Of a stretch of 64,000 nt of DNA, positions 60,561 to 64,000 are shown piece by piece (positions within the stretch are counted from its first letter, which is position 1; every line of letters begins with the position of its first letter). This stretch comes from Felis catus. Its lineage: Eukaryota. Both the position numbers and the translations under genes were made by a program. The notes under the pieces were generated by a model, which saw only the letters and a program-made list of their open reading frames with translations, ran no database searches and was not told the origin of the DNA. Location: positions 151,404,001-151,468,000 of the forward strand of contig NC_058372.1 of the NCBI RefSeq assembly GCF_018350175.1. The letters are read 5' to 3'.

Positions 60561-60927
60561 ACCTCGGAGGCCCCAGCCACCTGCCATCATGTCTACCTGC
60601 CTGGACGGCCCACGGGTCCCCACGTGGAGCACCGCCCTCCAGGCTCCGGCCCTCACCTTTCTGCCGGGCCTGAGGACTGGGGACTACAGAGCCACATGCT
60701 CTCCTTCCCCTCAGGGACCCAGGCCCGGCTTCTGCATCTGCCGGCCGCACACAGACCACATACCCGTCAGGCAGCTGTCCGCCCTTCCCAGGGAAGGGAC
60801 ACCTGGAAGGGAAGGAGAGCGGTTCAGACCATCGGGTGTCTGGCATCCCCTATGATGAGAGCCAGCCCGCCTGTCCCAGGGAGGAGGCCACCAGAGGAAG
60901 AGGGCAGAGAACAGTCTGAGTGGCTCC

Positions 60928-61192
60928 ACACCCCACAGAGGACCCCACAGAGCACACCAAAGAGGACCCTGCAGAGGAACCCCGCAGAACAACCCCGCAG
61001 AGGAACCCGCAGAGAAACCAGCGGAGGAACCCTCCAGAGGAACCCCACAGAGGACCCCACAAAGGAACCCCACAGAGGAACCCGCAGAGAAACCAGCAGA
61101 GGAACCCTGCTGAGGAACCCTCCAGAGGAACCCCACAGAGGACCCCACAAAGGAACCCCACAGGGGACCCCACAGAGGAACCCGCAGGGGAA
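60928..61192. repeat. Minisatellite, 12-13-bp unit (agaggaaccccac)
   Basis: About 20 units with a higher-order 75-88-bp duplication. Confidence 0.93.
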
Positions 61193-61849
61193 ACTGCAGG
61201 GGAGCCTGAGCGGCTCAGTGACCCACGGGGCCCCACCCAGATCCCCCATCAGCAGGTCTGCCGTACCTGCAGACCCTCTGCCTGGCGAGGGGGCAGACAG
61301 ACAGACGTGCAGACCACCAGAAGGGAGATGCGTCCCTTGATGGGAGGCAACAGTCATAAGTGTCCAATCCCGTGCCCTGGAAGTTTTCGTGTGCACTTAG
61401 GGCAAAGTGCTTGCTGCCCTCCTGGTGAGTTGTGTCCGGTCCTGCCCACTGGAGTGAATGCAAGACACGGGTGCCCCAGGACCCTCACCTCCCCGTTGGG
61501 CAGCGGGGGGCTCCGGGCCCAGGACACTCACCCCACGGCAGGTGACCCGCCCCCTGTGCACAGGCAACCCAGGCTGGCTGCCTCTCCCTCCTCGCGGCAC
61601 TCAGCACTGCCGGGCCGTGTCTGCGGGCGTTGGAGGGGGGCTGAGCTACAGGGGTCCACGGCAGATGCGCCCCACCTCTGTGCGTTTTCTGGTTGCGTTT
61701 CATTTTGGCCAACTAGTCTGTTAACTAAGAATTAGTATTGCAGATGTCGCTGGCTTCTTCATGACAATGGACAGTGACTTCCTTCCCCTGCCTGGGACAG
61801 GGATGAACAATACTGCGGTCTCTTTGGATCAGTCCAGACACGCCCCTGT

Positions 61850-62372
61850 GCTGAGGTGACCTGGCATCGTCCCCAGGTCCCTGTGCCAAGCTGACCCAGC
61901 ATGGTCCCCAGGCCCCATGGGAGGTGACCCAAAGTGGTCCCCAGGCCCCATGTGAGGTGACCCAGTGTGCAAGGTGACCCGACATGGTCTCCAGGCCCCA
62001 TGCAAAGCTGACCCAGCGTGGTCCCCGGGCCCTTTGCGAGGTGACCCAGCGTGGTCCCCAGGCTCCACGTGAAGTGACCCAGCGTGGTCCCCAGGCCCTG
62101 TGCGAAGCTGACCCAGCATGGTCCCCAGGCCCCATGTGAGGTGACCCAACATGGTCCCCAGGCCCTGTGGGACGTGACCCTGTATGCAAGGTGACCCAAC
62201 ATGGTCCCCAGGCCCCGTGCGAAGCTGACCCAGCATGGTCCCCAGGCCCCACGCGAGGTGACCCAGTGTGCAAGGTGACCCAACATGGTCCCCAGGCCCC
62301 GTGTGAAGCTGACCCAGCATGGTCTTCAGGCCCCATGCGAGGTGACCCTGTGTGGTCCCCAGGCCCTGTGCC
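61850..62372. repeat. Minisatellite, 33-34-bp unit (gtgacccagcatggtccccaggccccatgtgag) with 17-bp half units
   Basis: About 14 full units plus gtgacccagtgtgcaag inserts. Confidence 0.95.
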
Positions 62373-63169
62373 AGGATGACCACATCATGACAGGCCAACC
62401 AGGGAGACCCTGGCTCATGTCCCCTGGCCAGTGATGTCTTCCTACCCAGACCCACCTTGGGTCACTGCACTAGCCTGAGCTTCCCCTCCAACCTCCTGCG
62501 TGGCTGTGGCCAGACTGGTCCAAGCTTCCCCACTGCCCACATGTCCCCTGCCGCCCCACCAGACGCCCTGGCCCACAGAAGCCATGAAACCAGGCCCTCA
62601 CCCTGGATCACCTTCTTCCCCTGATACTTCCAGGTCACCTTCCCAATTACCCATAATGCCGAGTGCTCCGGGCCCCGTCCACTGTTGTGGCCCGAGGGCT
62701 GATAGGAACGACCGTGCAACGACCGTGCTCACCCTCAACCACCGGCCACCTGCCAAGGCGGAGACCCCGAGCGGTTTCTCTGCGCCTGATGCTTCAGCAG
62801 TCCGGACCCGGGCGGGGACAGGCCAGGACGGTGGAACGGCAGGGTGTCTGCCCCGGGCAGAAGGACCCGCCACTGGGGTCGTCTCTGCTCCTGTGGCCTC
62901 GCCCCCCACAAAGCGCCTGCGAGTGTTCCTTGCCCTTGAGGAGCTCTTGGTTCTCACCACATTTAGGCAGTGGATGTGCTTCCCAGTCGACCTTTCTCTG
63001 GGCGATTCTGTGCCTGCTGTTGGCTCCACCCAATGTCCCCCGGGACCACACACCCAGAGCGCCGGCCTTCTGGCTGGGAGGGCAGCTCCCCACGTGTCCG
63101 CTGTTCCACTATACGTTCTGTTGTTGTCCTGTGGGACTCCCCCTGGGAAGGTGAGAGCTGCCTTATAAA

Positions 63170-63381
63170 TTTTTTTTTCTTAATGTTTATTTATTTGTGT
63201 GAGAGAGAGACAGAGTGTGAGCAGGAGAGGGGCAGAGAGAGAGGGAGACATAGAATCGGAAGCAGGCTCCAGGCTCTGAGCTCTCAGCACAGAGCCCGAC
63301 GCGGGGCTCGAACCCACAGCCCGTGAGATCATGGCCTGAGCCGAAGTCAGACGCTTAACCGACTGAGCCACCCAGGCGCCC
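63170..63381 (-). mobile_element. Felid-type Can-SINE, antisense, perfect TSD
   Basis: Full-length; identical flanks tgagagctgccttataaa at 63152-63169 and 63382-63399. Confidence 0.97.
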
Positions 63382-64000
63382 TGAGAGCTGCCTTATAAAA
63401 CAAAGATGCTAAGGTGGGTTATAATTTGCCTCAGGCCCTGGTCCCGGACAGAGTGGACTAGGACATTGGGGTTGGCAACGCGGTTTGAGGACACCATTAA
63501 GGCTGCTCAAAGGAGAAGCCAAAAACGGAAGAGCATTCGGTGTGCCACGTAGCAGGGAGCCGGGTGACGCGGGCGTCACGGAGGCTGGAGGGAGGCGAGT
63601 GGAGGGAGGCGAATGGAGGGCCGCACCCCTCCCCAGCTGACTCAGCCCTGGAGGCCAGAGCCACATCGTGTTCATCTTCTGTCCTGGATCAACCCCGGTT
63701 CCTGACCAGAGCCCATCGGAAGTAAGAGTTTGCTGCATTGAAGAAAACGGAACTGGTTCACTCTTCAAACTGTGGACCAGTCCCGCATGTTATTCAGAAT
63801 CAACAATGGCATGAGCCGTGAAAGGAGAGGGCCACGCATCCTCGCGAGGAGGTGGGGTCACGGTGGGAAGGCCCACAGGAGAAGATGCCGACGAAGGCGG
63901 GTGACCGAGGCCAGATCTTTCGCTCCAGAGAGAAAAAGGCTCAGTGTGAGTCCGTCAGGACTTGGGGCGGGGCGGTTGGGCAGAAGTCAGCTGAAACGGA

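Noticed and set aside
61725-62455. Repetitive ORFs, or a CRISPR-like array
   Set aside because: Head-to-tail minisatellite without unique spacers, in a mammalian genome with no cas genes.
25899-63381. tRNA-like A/B boxes in SINE heads as tRNA genes
   Set aside because: They are the tRNA-derived heads of Can-SINEs, followed by (CT)n and A-rich tails.

Overview
Mammalian genomic DNA, almost certainly a cat-family (feliform) carnivore: it carries felid-type Can-SINEs and a felid-type L1 3' end. The window is very GC- and CpG-rich, like a subtelomeric isochore, and has one 130-N gap. I recognise no intact protein-coding gene, RNA gene or CRISPR array; nearly all ORFs in the track are by-products of GC content or simple repeats. 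The main discovery is a chain of about 10 splice-phase-compatible exon candidates on the minus strand at ~48.0-59.6 kb. Several carry in-frame stops, and the recognisable transposon fragments all fall in the predicted introns. This looks like a decayed multi-exon (unitary) pseudogene whose protein I cannot name. The 11-43 kb middle looks intergenic, with AT-rich enhancer-like islands (homeodomain, FOX, PBX-HOX, TEAD, GATA motifs), old L1/L2/MIR/MaLR/hAT relics and several large tandem arrays. A weak plus-strand spliced candidate lies at 1-6.8 kb. Repeat families were assigned by eye from remembered consensus sequences, so subfamily names and boundaries are approximate.
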